A stretch of 63,300 bases of DNA from an uncultured Candidatus Saccharibacteria bacterium (GTDB lineage Bacteria; Patescibacteriota; Saccharimonadia; Saccharimonadales; Saccharimonadaceae): positions 1 to 63,300 of the forward strand of contig CAXYVX010000001.1 of the NCBI GenBank assembly GCA_964292495.1, read 5' to 3'. Positions 46,395-56,055 of the stretch are shown one piece after another; the stretch's first letter is position 1, and each line of letters begins with the position of its first letter. The notes under the pieces were generated by a model. It saw nothing but the letters and a program-made list of their open reading frames with translations. It ran no database searches and was not told where the DNA came from. The position numbers and the translations under genes are program-made.

Positions 46395-46432
46395 TTGGCA
46401 CTCTTGACACGAGAGTGCTAATTTCTTATACT
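46395..46432 (+). promoter_or_regulatory. CIRCE operator 2 + dnaK promoter
   Basis: TTGGCACTC-N9-GAGTGCTAA (46395-46421). -35 TTGACA (46404-09) lies inside the spacer, followed by 17 nt and TATACT (46427-32). Confidence 0.9.
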
Positions 46433-46528
46433 AATTATGTTGAAATTCGCGAAAAAGTTTGCAATATATCGAGTGCAAATCTCGCGAAAAGTAAAATTAT
46501 TTAGTAAGAAACCTAAAAAGGAGGAAAA

Positions 46529-48433
46529 ATGAGTAATATTATTGGAATTGACCTCGGTACGACCAACTCGGCCTTTGCTTACCTAGTGGCGGGAAAGCCA
46601 GAAGTTATCGCGAACAAAGAGGGCGATCGCACGACGCCGAGTGTGGTTGCGATCACGAAAAAGGGCGAGCGATTGGTTGGAAAACCTGCTCAGCGCCAGC
46701 GCGTAACCAATCCAACGGGGACAATTTACGCTATCAAACGCTTGATTGGGCGCAAGCTAAGCGATCCAGAAGTTCAGAAAGATATTGAAATTTCGCCGTT
46801 TAAGATTGTCGGCAAAAATGGCAACGCGGCGGTGGAATTGGATGGAAAAACATATTCGCCAGAGGAAATTTCTGCGATGATTCTCGCGAAAATCAAGGCT
46901 GATGCGGAGGCTTATCTTGGTTCGCCGGTGAACGAAGCGGTCATTACAGTGCCAGCGTATTTTGACGATGCTCAGCGCCAGGCCACAAAAGACGCTGGAA
47001 AAATCGCGGGGCTTGAAGTGAAGCGAATTGTTAACGAGCCAACCGCTGCGGCGCTGGCTTACGGTCTTGAAAAAAATAAGGATGAAAAAATCGCGGTGTT
47101 TGACCTTGGTGGAGGAACATTTGATGTCTCGATTTTGGAGCTCGGCGACGGTGTGTTTGAGGTGAAAAGCACTAATGGCGACACGCACCTCGGCGGCGAA
47201 GACTTTGACAACCGAATTGTGAATTATTTCCTGGATCAGTTCAAAGGTGAATCCGGCATTGATCTTTCCGGTGATAAAGCCGCGATGCAGCGTCTGAAAG
47301 ATGAAGCTGAAAAAGCCAAAAAAGAGTTGTCTACCACCACGGAATATGAGGTGAACCTGCCATTTATCACGGCGGATGCAGATGGTCCGAAACATTTTGA
47401 GACCACTTTGACCCGTGCGAAAATGGAAGAGTTAGTTAAGGATTTGATTGACCGCTTGGCTGGACCGTGCGAGAAAGCGCTGAAAGATGCGGGATTGAAA
47501 CCGGCGGATCTGGGCGAAGTGGTTTTGGTTGGCGGCATGACTCGTATGCCAGCGGTGATTGCGAAAGTCAAGGAAATTTTCGCGAAAGAGCCGATGGCTG
47601 GCGTGAACCCGGACGAAGTTGTTGCGGTTGGCGCAGCGATCCAGGGCGGCGTGCTTGCGGGCGACGTGAAAGACGTTTTGCTTCTGGATGTGACGCCATT
47701 GACGCTTGGAATTGAGACGGCTGGCGGCGTTCGTACCCCGATGATTGACCGCAACACCACGGTACCAACCAGCAAATCTCAGGTGTTTTCAACCTTCGCT
47801 GACAATCAGCCCCAAGTTGAGATCAATGTTTTGCAGGGCGAGCGAGAATTCGCGAATGACAACAAATCTCTTGGAACATTTGTTTTGGACGGAATTGCAC
47901 CGGCACCGCGCGGCGTGCCGCAAATTGAAGTCACCTTTAGCATCGACGCGAACGGACTTGTGAACGTTTCTGCGAAAGATAAAGGCACTGGAAAAGAGCA
48001 ATCAATCACGATCCAGAACAGCGGTAATTTGAGCAAGGATGACATCGCGAAGGCGCAGGCGGAAGCAGAATTACACGCAGACGAGGATAAAAAGCGACGC
48101 GAAACAACCGACGCGCGAAACTTGCTTGAAAACACAATTTACCAGGCCAAGAAAATGCCAGATGAATTCAAGGACAAAATCAGCGACGAAGACAAGAAAA
48201 TCATTGAAGACGCAGTGAAATCTGCTGACGAGAAAATGAAATCCGACGATCTTTCAGAGCTTGAATCCGCTCAAAAAGAACTCTCGGAAACGATTCAGAA
48301 AATTGGCGCAAAACTGTATGAAAGCGCAAAAACTGAGGAGACAGCCAGTGAAAGTGGAGAAGGTAAAACCAAAACTTCGCGAAAAAAGGCAGATGATGAC
48401 GCAGTTGAAGGCGAAGTCGTTGACGAAAAGTAG
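46529..48433 (+). CDS. dnaK: chaperone DnaK (Hsp70)
   Basis: [46 protein letters not shown]. Confidence 0.98.
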   Translation: MSNIIGIDLGTTNSAFAYLVAGKPEVIANKEGDRTTPSVVAITKKGERLVGKPAQRQRVTNPTGTIYAIKRLIGRKLSDPEVQKDIEISPFKIVGKNGNAAVELDGKTYSPEEISAMILAKIKADAEAYLGSPVNEAVITVPAYFDDAQRQATKDAGKIAGLEVKRIVNEPTAAALAYGLEKNKDEKIAVFDLGGGTFDVSILELGDGVFEVKSTNGDTHLGGEDFDNRIVNYFLDQFKGESGIDLSGDKAAMQRLKDEAEKAKKELSTTTEYEVNLPFITADADGPKHFETTLTRAKMEELVKDLIDRLAGPCEKALKDAGLKPADLGEVVLVGGMTRMPAVIAKVKEIFAKEPMAGVNPDEVVAVGAAIQGGVLAGDVKDVLLLDVTPLTLGIETAGGVRTPMIDRNTTVPTSKSQVFSTFADNQPQVEINVLQGEREFANDNKSLGTFVLDGIAPAPRGVPQIEVTFSIDANGLVNVSAKDKGTGKEQSITIQNSGNLSKDDIAKAQAEAELHADEDKKRRETTDARNLLENTIYQAKKMPDEFKDKISDEDKKIIEDAVKSADEKMKSDDLSELESAQKELSETIQKIGAKLYESAKTEETASESGEGKTKTSRKKADDDAVEGEVVDEK

Positions 48434-48445
48434 TTAGCCAAAATT

Positions 48446-48476
48446 AAAAAAACCTCTCAATCGCGAGAGGTTTTTT
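48446..48476. terminator. bidirectional terminator between dnaK and the convergent small gene
   Basis: A-run, stem CCTCTC/GAGAGG, then TTTTTT. Confidence 0.8.
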
Positions 48477-48477
48477 G

Positions 48478-48789
48478 CTATTTGCTGAGTTTGTCAATTT
48501 TTGCATGGAGATCTTCAAGAGATTTTTTCAGTTCATCGTGTCGCGCGTGAAGTTTTTTGACGGAAGAATGAACCGCAGTTGAAGCGCCGGCCGCGATTGC
48601 TGCACCGAGCGCGCTGGTCACATTTGTGTAATTTCCTAAAACCAGCTGCATGTCCGCGCTTGGGGCGAGATTTTTCGCAAAAATCCCAATTAGACCGAAA
48701 ATAACCAAATAAACAAACAGGAACAGGAAAATAAAAATTGCTGGTGTAGAGGATAAAACCCTGGGGATGAGATCGATAAATTTTTTCAT
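48478..48789 (-). CDS. small membrane protein (2 TM + helical tail)
   Basis: MKKFIDL.. start at 48789 (the track starts at 48795). Hydrophobic N-terminal half. Confidence 0.5.
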   Translation of the reverse strand: MKKFIDLIPRVLSSTPAIFIFLFLFVYLVIFGLIGIFAKNLAPSADMQLVLGNYTNVTSALGAAIAAGASTAVHSSVKKLHARHDELKKSLEDLHAKIDKLSK

Positions 48790-48891
48790 AAACACATTTT
48801 AGCACGGCTGAAAAAACATTGAAAATAGACATTGAAAGGTAAATTCGCTTCTGTTATAATAAAGGTGCAAATTAACTAAAAAGGAGAAAAA

Positions 48892-49467
48892 ATGATCAAC
48901 CGTGCAGAGATAAAGGCTGATGCAAAAGACAAAATTAAAGGAAAAATTTTACCGATTTTCATAATTGGTGTTGTTTATTTTGTGGTGATGACTATCCTTG
49001 GTTTCACTATGATTGGAGCTCTTGTTTTGGAAGGCTCGTTCTACATTGCGCTCGTCGCGATTTTCTTGAATCTCGCGAAAAATAAAAAAGAACCTGAGGT
49101 CAAAGATTTGTTTACGACAATGACAACGAAAGATATCGCTCGCGGATTTTTCGCATATATCCGATTGACGTTTTTCACGTTTGTTTGGAGCTTGTTGTTT
49201 GTGATTCCGGGAATCATTAAAGCGATTGCGTATTCTCAGACATTTTACCTGCTCGCGGACAACGAAGATATGACTGCGGCTGAGGCGCAGAAAAAATCCA
49301 TCGAGATGATGCGCGGCCACAAATGGGAATATTTTGTGCTGGGCTTGTCGTTTATTGGCTGGAACATTTTGGCACTCTTCACATTTGGTCTGCTTTACAT
49401 CTGGCTCATGCCGTATATGGAAGCAACTCTCGCGAATTATTATTTGAAACTAAAAAAAGAAGCGTAA
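48892..49467 (+). CDS. DUF975-family integral membrane protein
   Basis: WSLLFVIPGIIKAIAYSQTFYLLADN.DMTAAEA...S.EMMRGHKWEYFVLGLSFIGW is the DUF975 signature. AAAGGAGAAAAAATG RBS. Confidence 0.8.
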   Translation: MINRAEIKADAKDKIKGKILPIFIIGVVYFVVMTILGFTMIGALVLEGSFYIALVAIFLNLAKNKKEPEVKDLFTTMTTKDIARGFFAYIRLTFFTFVWSLLFVIPGIIKAIAYSQTFYLLADNEDMTAAEAQKKSIEMMRGHKWEYFVLGLSFIGWNILALFTFGLLYIWLMPYMEATLANYYLKLKKEA

Positions 49468-49486
49468 ATAGTTTCGCGAAAAACGG

Positions 49487-49525
49487 TTAGCACTCTTGAC
49501 CCAGAGAGTGCTAATTTGCTATAAT
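49487..49525 (+). promoter_or_regulatory. CIRCE operator 3 + dnaJ promoter (leaderless)
   Basis: TTAGCACTC-N10-GAGTGCTAA (49487-49514) with -35 TTGACC in the spacer. TGcTATAAT at 49517-25. ATG 7 nt later. Confidence 0.85.
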
Positions 49526-49532
49526 TGGTTTT

Positions 49533-50597
49533 ATGGAAAAACGAGATTATTATGAAGTTTTGGGCGTTTCAAAAACGGCGAGCGATGAGGAAATTAAGAA
49601 AGCTTATCGCAAAAAAGCTGTGAAATTGCACCCAGACCATGGAGGAAGTGAGAAAGACTTTAAGGAGCTGAACGAGGCTTACGACACCCTAAAAGACGGA
49701 GGTAAGCGTGCTAATTACGACCAGTTTGGCCACGCGGCGGCAGGCATGAATCAAGGCGGACCGGGTGCGGGGGGATTTGGCGCTGATTTTGGAGATCTTG
49801 GCGATATTTTTTCACAGTTTTTTGGCGGAGGTCAGTCAAGCGGATTTTCTCAGCAGAGTTCTTCGCGGGCGCGGCGTCGCGGAAGAGATGTTGAAACTCG
49901 TGTGAATGTTAGTTTTCGCGAAAGTATTTTTGGCACGGAAAAAGAAATTTCAATGACCTTGGATATTGAATGCGACCACTGCCACGGAGACGGATCCGAG
50001 CCTGGAAGCAGTCTTGAAACTTGCCCGACTTGCCACGGATCCGGCCAAATTGTTCGGACGGTTAATTCTCTGTTTGGTCCGATTCAGCAGGCTGAAACTT
50101 GCCGCACTTGCCGCGGTCGCGGAAAAATTCCGGAAAAAACTTGCGTCAAATGTTCTGGGCGCGGTGTTGTTCGCGAAAAAGTTGAACTGAAAGTTAAAAT
50201 ACCGGCGGGAATTTCTGATGGAAACGCTGTGCGCCTTGCTGGTCGCGGCGAAGCAGTGCAAGACGGTAACGCGGGTGATCTGTATGTTGTGGTCAATGTC
50301 AAGCCAGATAAAAAATTCTCGCGCGACGGTGAATTGATTTTGAGTGAAGAAACCATTTCTTTTGCGGACGCAGCTCTTGGCGCGGAAATTGAAGTTGAAA
50401 CTTTGGATGGGAATTTAGTGATGAAAGTTCCGGCTGGCACGCAAAGCGGATCGGATTTCAAATTGTCTGGCCACGGCGTTCCTTCGCGAAATAATCCCGA
50501 AAAACGTGGCGCGCAAATCGTGAAAATCAATGTTGAAGTGCCGCGAAAACTCTCGCGAAAGCAGAAAAAGTTATTGGAAGAATTTCGCGAAAGTTAA
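49533..50597 (+). CDS. dnaJ: co-chaperone DnaJ
   Basis: J domain with HPD (KLHPDHGG), G/F region, and four CxxCxGxG zinc-finger repeats. Confidence 0.97.
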   Translation: MEKRDYYEVLGVSKTASDEEIKKAYRKKAVKLHPDHGGSEKDFKELNEAYDTLKDGGKRANYDQFGHAAAGMNQGGPGAGGFGADFGDLGDIFSQFFGGGQSSGFSQQSSSRARRRGRDVETRVNVSFRESIFGTEKEISMTLDIECDHCHGDGSEPGSSLETCPTCHGSGQIVRTVNSLFGPIQQAETCRTCRGRGKIPEKTCVKCSGRGVVREKVELKVKIPAGISDGNAVRLAGRGEAVQDGNAGDLYVVVNVKPDKKFSRDGELILSEETISFADAALGAEIEVETLDGNLVMKVPAGTQSGSDFKLSGHGVPSRNNPEKRGAQIVKINVEVPRKLSRKQKKLLEEFRES

Positions 50598-50613
50598 AAT
50601 AAATCCATTCCGC

Positions 50614-50641
50614 TTGACTTTTGTTTGAATTTATGTATAAT
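50614..50641 (+). promoter_or_regulatory. promoter TTGACT-N16-TG-TATAAT, 7 nt before ATG 50649 (leaderless)
   Basis: Read directly: cgcTTGACTtttgtttgaatttaTGTATAATataagatATG. Confidence 0.55.
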
Positions 50642-50648
50642 ATAAGAT

Positions 50649-51041
50649 ATGTTTGAAGACAAAAAAACTATATTTGGCGCCACTGAGAAAGTGATTCTCC
50701 CTGATTTTGCCAGTATTCAGCTTGATGCAAAAATCGATACCGGCGCTTGGAGCGGAGCGCTTCATGCGGAAAATATTCGCGAAATTAACGGAGAATTGGT
50801 TTTTGAGATTGATGGAGAAGAATTTCAGGAGAAAAATTTCTCGAAAGTGAAGGTGAGATCTGCTTCTGGCCACGCACAAAATCGGTATAAAATTCCCATA
50901 CGCATGATGATAATGGGGCGAGAATACAACGGAGAAATAACGCTTACAAATCGAGAGCAATTGACGTTTGAGATGTTGATTGGGCGGAAATTTTTGGCAG
51001 AAAATGGAGTTTTAGTGGATGTAAATAGAAAGGGAATTTGA
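50649..51041 (+). CDS. RimK-associated retropepsin-like protease (DUF785 / 'ATP-dependent zinc protease' family)
   Basis: EKVILPDF.....AKIDTGAWSGALHA, and operon position directly upstream of rimK. Confidence 0.65.
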   Translation: MFEDKKTIFGATEKVILPDFASIQLDAKIDTGAWSGALHAENIREINGELVFEIDGEEFQEKNFSKVKVRSASGHAQNRYKIPIRMMIMGREYNGEITLTNREQLTFEMLIGRKFLAENGVLVDVNRKGI

Positions 51042-51961
51042 AAATGAAAATTGCAATTTTAAGCAACGGACCGGGAAATTATTCAACAAAACGGCTGAAA
51101 GAAGTCGCGGAATCTCGCGGGCATGAAGTTGATGTTATTAAATACAAAAACTGTTATGTGAGCGTTTCAAAAACTGACGGAAAAGTTATTTATAACGGCG
51201 AAGAAATAGATATGAAAGTTTATGACGCTGTGATTCCGCGAATCGCGAACTACATGACGCGCTATGGAACCGCGATTGTTCGGCAGTTGGAACGCGAAGG
51301 TTTGTTTACAACTTCAAGCGCTCTCGCGATTCAACGCAGTCGCGACAAACTTCGCGCGACGCAAATTCTCGCGAAATATGTTGACATACCAAAAACGATT
51401 TTTTCGCGAAACTCAACCGACATCAACGACATGATTGAGGAACTTGGCGGTGCGCCGATCGTGATTAAACTCGCACAGAGCACGCACGGAAATGGCGTAG
51501 TTTTGGCGGATACGAAAAAGGCGGCCAAGAGCGCGTTGCAGGCGTTTTACCTCTATAATGAAGACGGAACAAATGTGATGATCCAGGAGTTTATTAAGGA
51601 AAGTATGGGGACCGATATTCGCGCTTTTGTGGTTGGCGGACGCGTTGTGGCGAGCATGAAACGCCAGAGTTTGGACGACTCGGATTTCCGGAGCAACTTG
51701 CATAAAGGCGGTGTTGGAACTCCGGTTAAATTGACACCAGAAGAAAGAAGAGCTGCGATTAAAGCTGCCAAAGCGATGAATCTCGGAATTGCCGGCGTGG
51801 ATATTATGCGCAGCGAGCGCGGACCACTTGTGCTTGAAGTCAATGCGTCGCCTGGGTTCGGAATTGAGCAGGCGACTGGCCGCGATGTTGCAACGCCAAT
51901 CATTGAATATGTTGAGCGCGGCGCGAAACATGGTCAAAAAAAGGATAAAATCGGAGCTTAA
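51038..51961 (+). CDS. rimK: ATP-grasp ribosomal protein S6 glutamate ligase RimK
   Basis: RimK-type ATP-grasp: IVIKL..STHGNGVVL, IQEFI.E..G.DIRAFVVGG.VVA.M.R, and GVDI..S..GPLVLEVN.SPG. Confidence 0.9.
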   Translation: MKMKIAILSNGPGNYSTKRLKEVAESRGHEVDVIKYKNCYVSVSKTDGKVIYNGEEIDMKVYDAVIPRIANYMTRYGTAIVRQLEREGLFTTSSALAIQRSRDKLRATQILAKYVDIPKTIFSRNSTDINDMIEELGGAPIVIKLAQSTHGNGVVLADTKKAAKSALQAFYLYNEDGTNVMIQEFIKESMGTDIRAFVVGGRVVASMKRQSLDDSDFRSNLHKGGVGTPVKLTPEERRAAIKAAKAMNLGIAGVDIMRSERGPLVLEVNASPGFGIEQATGRDVATPIIEYVERGAKHGQKKDKIGA

Positions 51962-52049
51962 TTCGCGAAAAATTCAAGCCCAAAAAACTTTTTCAAAGGG
52001 GCTTGAATTTTATTAAAAAGTTTGATAGAATTACTAGGTTATCAGCTGT

Positions 52050-52125
52050 GGGTCTATAGCTCAGCTGGTAGAGCACGGGCCTTTTAAGCCTGGTGTCGTG
52101 GGTTCGAACCCCACTGGACCCACCA
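52050..52125 (+). tRNA. tRNA-Lys (UUU); CCA encoded
   Basis: Acceptor GGGTCTA/TGGACCC, anticodon stem CGGGC/GCCTG with loop CTTTTAA, and T arm GTGGG-TTCGAAC-CCCAC. Confidence 0.9.
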
Positions 52126-52168
52126 AAATTATCCGGTCAATTGGCCGGTTTTTTGTTATTATTGATAC

Positions 52169-53836
52169 ATGGTAAAACGCGAGCCACCTCAAAAACTCGA
52201 CGCCCGCGCTCATAAAGTCGAACCTGACCGAAGTAAAAAATCTTCGGAGACTGCTTTTTCTTGGAATAAACGAACAATAAAAACAGTGCTTTTTCGCGAA
52301 AAAATTCGTTCATCGTGGATGATTACCGCGATTTTAGCTGGTTTCATTGCCGGAATTGGTTTATCGCTTTTGCCGCAAGCAAATTTATTTTTTGGCGAAA
52401 TTCCTTTGATTTTTGCTGGAATTTTGGCGGTTTTGGTCTTAATTTCAAGGCTGAAATTCGCGATATTTCTTGCGATTTTTGCCGGGATGATTTTAGGAAT
52501 CAACCGCGGGTTGCCAGCACAAGGAGACTTGTCTTCGTGGCAAAATGTCATTGGTAAAAATGCAAATATAACGGCGAAAGTGGAGCAAGATCCCGGGCTT
52601 GGCGCATCGGGTGCGACGAGCTTATATTTGACGGATATTGTTTTGGGTGGTCGCGAGATGCCGGGCACGATGTATGTCAGTTTATTTACAAAAGGTCAGA
52701 AGATTTCGCGAAGTGATGAAGTTGAAATTTCAGGAAAAATATCGGCTGGTTTCGGATCTTTTGTTGCGAGCATGCGGTATGGATCGCTCGACGGAATCAC
52801 TGAAAATACTGGCGCAGATCCAGCGAGAGAAGCCAGAGATTTTTTCGGGGAAAATCTGCGCAAAACAATTCCTTCGCCCGCGTCTGATCTTGGGATGGGG
52901 ATACTTGCCGGGCAAAAAACAGCTCTTCCATCCGCAGTTTCGGTGGCTTTTATCACCGTTTCTTTGACGCACATTGTTGTGGCCAGCGGGTATAATCTCA
53001 CCATTCTCATCAGGTTCGCCAGAAGATTATTCGCGAAAATTTCCAGGTTTTCCGGACTAGTTTTTGGCACGATTTTGGTTGTTTTATTCGCGAATGTGAC
53101 TGGATTTTCGCCAAGCATGTTCCGCGCATCTTTGGTGGCAATCATGAGTTTGTTCGCCTGGTATTATGGCAGAAAATTTCATCCCGTTGCGCTGTTAATT
53201 ATGACCGCGGCCGTGACGGTTTTCGTCAATCCGACATATCTCTGGGGTGACGCGGGCTGGTGGATGAGCTTCACGAGTTTTGCTGGAGTTCTGATTTTCG
53301 CGCCGTTAATTAAGGATTTCTTTTGGGGGAATGAAAAAGATTTTCGCGAAAAGCCAAAAATTATCAAACATATAAAAACGTTCCTTTTCAGAGGGAAATT
53401 TTCCAAAATTCAGAAAAGCGAACAGGTTGAGAAAAAGCATTCAATTCGCGGAATTGTGATTGAGACTTTTAGCGCACAACTGCTTTCTGCACCTGTGATT
53501 GCTCTGGCGATGGGACAATTTTCGCCATATGGTCTGATTTCAAATCTGCTTGTTTTGCCGGTTGTTCCACTGGCGATGGCGCTGACATTTGTGGCGGGAA
53601 TCGGTGGATTTTTGTTGCCAGAATTTATCGCGAAAATTGTGGCTTGGCCGGCGACGCAGTTGTTAAACTATATTATTTCGGTCGCTGGGTGGGTGAGTGA
53701 ATTTCCGGGGGCTGAACAGAAAGTTGAATTTGGACTTTGGCATGCCGCAGCGTCGTTCGCGATAATTTTAGTGATAATAATTATCCTGAAAAAGAAAACC
53801 AGGCACAATTTTTACTCCGACAATCTTGTTGAGTAA
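52169..53836 (+). CDS. comEC: DNA internalisation channel ComEC/Rec2 (no beta-lactamase-like domain)
   Basis: DUF4131-like N-terminus + competence domain (FITVSLTHIVVASGYNLTIL, multiple TMs). Confidence 0.8.
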   Translation: MVKREPPQKLDARAHKVEPDRSKKSSETAFSWNKRTIKTVLFREKIRSSWMITAILAGFIAGIGLSLLPQANLFFGEIPLIFAGILAVLVLISRLKFAIFLAIFAGMILGINRGLPAQGDLSSWQNVIGKNANITAKVEQDPGLGASGATSLYLTDIVLGGREMPGTMYVSLFTKGQKISRSDEVEISGKISAGFGSFVASMRYGSLDGITENTGADPAREARDFFGENLRKTIPSPASDLGMGILAGQKTALPSAVSVAFITVSLTHIVVASGYNLTILIRFARRLFAKISRFSGLVFGTILVVLFANVTGFSPSMFRASLVAIMSLFAWYYGRKFHPVALLIMTAAVTVFVNPTYLWGDAGWWMSFTSFAGVLIFAPLIKDFFWGNEKDFREKPKIIKHIKTFLFRGKFSKIQKSEQVEKKHSIRGIVIETFSAQLLSAPVIALAMGQFSPYGLISNLLVLPVVPLAMALTFVAGIGGFLLPEFIAKIVAWPATQLLNYIISVAGWVSEFPGAEQKVEFGLWHAAASFAIILVIIIILKKKTRHNFYSDNLVE

Positions 53837-53859
53837 ACTTTGCAGAATGCCGCCAATTT

Positions 53860-53868
53860 TGCTAAAAT
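53860..53868 (+). promoter_or_regulatory. extended -10 TGcTAAAAT 6 nt before the murT ATG (leaderless)
   Basis: TGCTAAAAT at 53860-68, then CATAAG, then ATG at 53875. Confidence 0.5.
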
Positions 53869-53874
53869 CATAAG

Positions 53875-55179
53875 ATGAATTTAAGAAACTTTTTGTCCGT
53901 CGCGGTTGGGAAAACAGTTGCGAAAAGCTCTCGTATTCGCGGCGGCCATGGCTCAGCTCTGCCTGGCTTGGTGATTGAAAAAATTGATCCAAAATTTCTT
54001 CAACGGATTTTTCGCGAAATTCCAGTCGCGGTTATTTCCGGGACAAATGGCAAGACCACAACAACGAAAATGGTGGTGGAATTGCTTGAAAAAAACGGAT
54101 TAAATGTTTTTACAAATGATTCTGGAAGCAATTTTTCGCGAGGCGTCGCGAGTAGCGCGGTCAGCAAAATGCGCGGCGGAAAGCTGGAATTTGACATTGC
54201 TGTGCTTGAATTGGATGAGGCGCACGCGGTGAAATTTGTCCACGACATAAATCCAGATTTCTCGCTACTACTGAATGTTTTAAGGGATCAACTTGACCGG
54301 TTTGGCGAAATCGATACGACCGCAAAAATGATGACGGAAATCGCGAAAAACACGCGAAAAAAACTCGTTCTAAACGCCAATGATCCACGCATTTCACAGA
54401 ACGAAAAATTGACGGAAGCGGATGTTTTATGGTTTGGTTTTTCAGATGATCTGAGTGAAATCTTCCCGACCGATGAGCAGCTACATGATGGAAAAAAAGC
54501 GCAAAAACGAAATGGAAAATCCGAGAAAATTTCGCGAAAAAATGACGATATTTTGCTTGCCGATTTTTCAAAAAATAATTCTGCAGAGTATGATTTTAAT
54601 GGCGAAAAAGTTCGCGAAAATCTTGCTGCCGGCGGAGCTCACAATGCTCTAAATGGTTCTGCCGCATTGCAGCTCGTGAGAGCAATTTTGCTGGAAAAAA
54701 GTTGTGGCAAATTTGATTTCAAAAAGAATGTTGAATGGCTCGCGAAAGTTAACCCAGCTTTTGGCCGCGGAGAATCTATTAAGATTGGAGACAAAAATAT
54801 TGTTTTGAATTTGGTCAAAAATCCGGCCGGTTTCCAATCTGTTTTGCGCTCTGCGGACGCGGAAAAAACCACGCTTTTTGCCGTGAATGACCAATACGCG
54901 GACGGTCGGGATGTGAGCTGGCTATACGATGTTGATTTTGACGTTTTCGCGAATAAAAACACCAAAATTTTCACAACGGGAATTCGCGCGAATGACATCG
55001 CTCTGCGTCTTGAATATGACGGCGTAAAAGTGCTCGGAATTGATGGAAATATCTTCAATGCAACCGAGAATTTCTTGACTGAAAATAGTGGAGATTTGCA
55101 GATTTTCGCAACCTATACGGCGATGTTGAAAATTCGAAAGATAATAAAAGAAAAATTAAGAAATGAGGATAAGCGATGA
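53875..55179 (+). CDS. murT: lipid II isoglutaminyl synthase, Mur-ligase subunit MurT
   Basis: ISGTNGKTTT, Mur ligase middle domain, and C-terminal DUF1727-like ADGRDVSWLYDVDF. Confidence 0.85.
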   Translation: MNLRNFLSVAVGKTVAKSSRIRGGHGSALPGLVIEKIDPKFLQRIFREIPVAVISGTNGKTTTTKMVVELLEKNGLNVFTNDSGSNFSRGVASSAVSKMRGGKLEFDIAVLELDEAHAVKFVHDINPDFSLLLNVLRDQLDRFGEIDTTAKMMTEIAKNTRKKLVLNANDPRISQNEKLTEADVLWFGFSDDLSEIFPTDEQLHDGKKAQKRNGKSEKISRKNDDILLADFSKNNSAEYDFNGEKVRENLAAGGAHNALNGSAALQLVRAILLEKSCGKFDFKKNVEWLAKVNPAFGRGESIKIGDKNIVLNLVKNPAGFQSVLRSADAEKTTLFAVNDQYADGRDVSWLYDVDFDVFANKNTKIFTTGIRANDIALRLEYDGVKVLGIDGNIFNATENFLTENSGDLQIFATYTAMLKIRKIIKEKLRNEDKR

Positions 55180-55997
55180 AAGAAAAAACATTAAAAATCG
55201 TCCAACTTTACCCAGACGAAATGAATATTTACGGCGACAACGGCAATGTTTTGGTTTTGTCTGAGCGTTCAAAATTATACGGGTTTTCACCTGAAATATC
55301 GTATTTTGAGGTTAGATCTGATCCAAAAATAATTCGTGAAGCTGACATCTTGGTTGGCGGTGGCGGGCAAGATTCCGGGCAGCTAAAAGTTGCTGCGGAC
55401 CTTCAAAAAAACGCGGAAGTTTTTCGCGAATCAATCGCAAAAGGTTGTGCGGGGGTTTTGATTTGCGGAATGTATCAGCTGTTCGGCAAGAGATTTTTGA
55501 CAAATGACGGCGACGAAATTGCTGGAATATCTGTTTTTGATGTTGAAACTATCGCCCAGCCGAAGCGATTGATCGGAAACATTGTGATTGATTCTGATTT
55601 TGGCAAGCTCGTCGGCTTTGAAAATCATTCTGGATTGACTTATCTTCGCGACGGACAGGCAGCGTTTGGAGAAATTGTATCTGGCGGCGGAAATAACGGA
55701 AAAGATGGCAGCTGGAACAGGGAAAAAGAAGATCTTAAAAACATTTCAAAAGTTAGCGAAAAAAATCTTGGCGGAAGCGAAGGATCGCGCACGGAAAATT
55801 GTTTTGGATCTTATTTGCACGGGCCAATTTTGTCAAAAAACCCGAAGTTTGCGGACGCTCTTTTGCTGATAGCAGCCAAGCGGAAATTTGGTTGTGAACA
55901 GCTGGAAGCGGTTAATGAAGATTCGCGAAAAAGATTGGCTCATCTTGATGAGATAGCGGAAAGAGCTAGAGAAATCGTTTTTTTGAGACCAAGATAG
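55176..55997 (+). CDS. gatD: lipid II isoglutaminyl synthase, glutaminase subunit GatD (CobQ/CobB-type GATase)
   Basis: ATGA overlap with murT. YPDEMNIYGD.GN, GGGQD, CGMYQLFG (catalytic Cys), and YLHGP. About 40-aa insertion before YLHGP. Confidence 0.85.
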   Translation: MKEKTLKIVQLYPDEMNIYGDNGNVLVLSERSKLYGFSPEISYFEVRSDPKIIREADILVGGGGQDSGQLKVAADLQKNAEVFRESIAKGCAGVLICGMYQLFGKRFLTNDGDEIAGISVFDVETIAQPKRLIGNIVIDSDFGKLVGFENHSGLTYLRDGQAAFGEIVSGGGNNGKDGSWNREKEDLKNISKVSEKNLGGSEGSRTENCFGSYLHGPILSKNPKFADALLLIAAKRKFGCEQLEAVNEDSRKRLAHLDEIAERAREIVFLRPR

Positions 55998-56055
55998 TAA
56001 TGTAAAATCGCCAGAAATAATTCGCGAATTTATGAAAAACAGTTCGCAAATTGTT

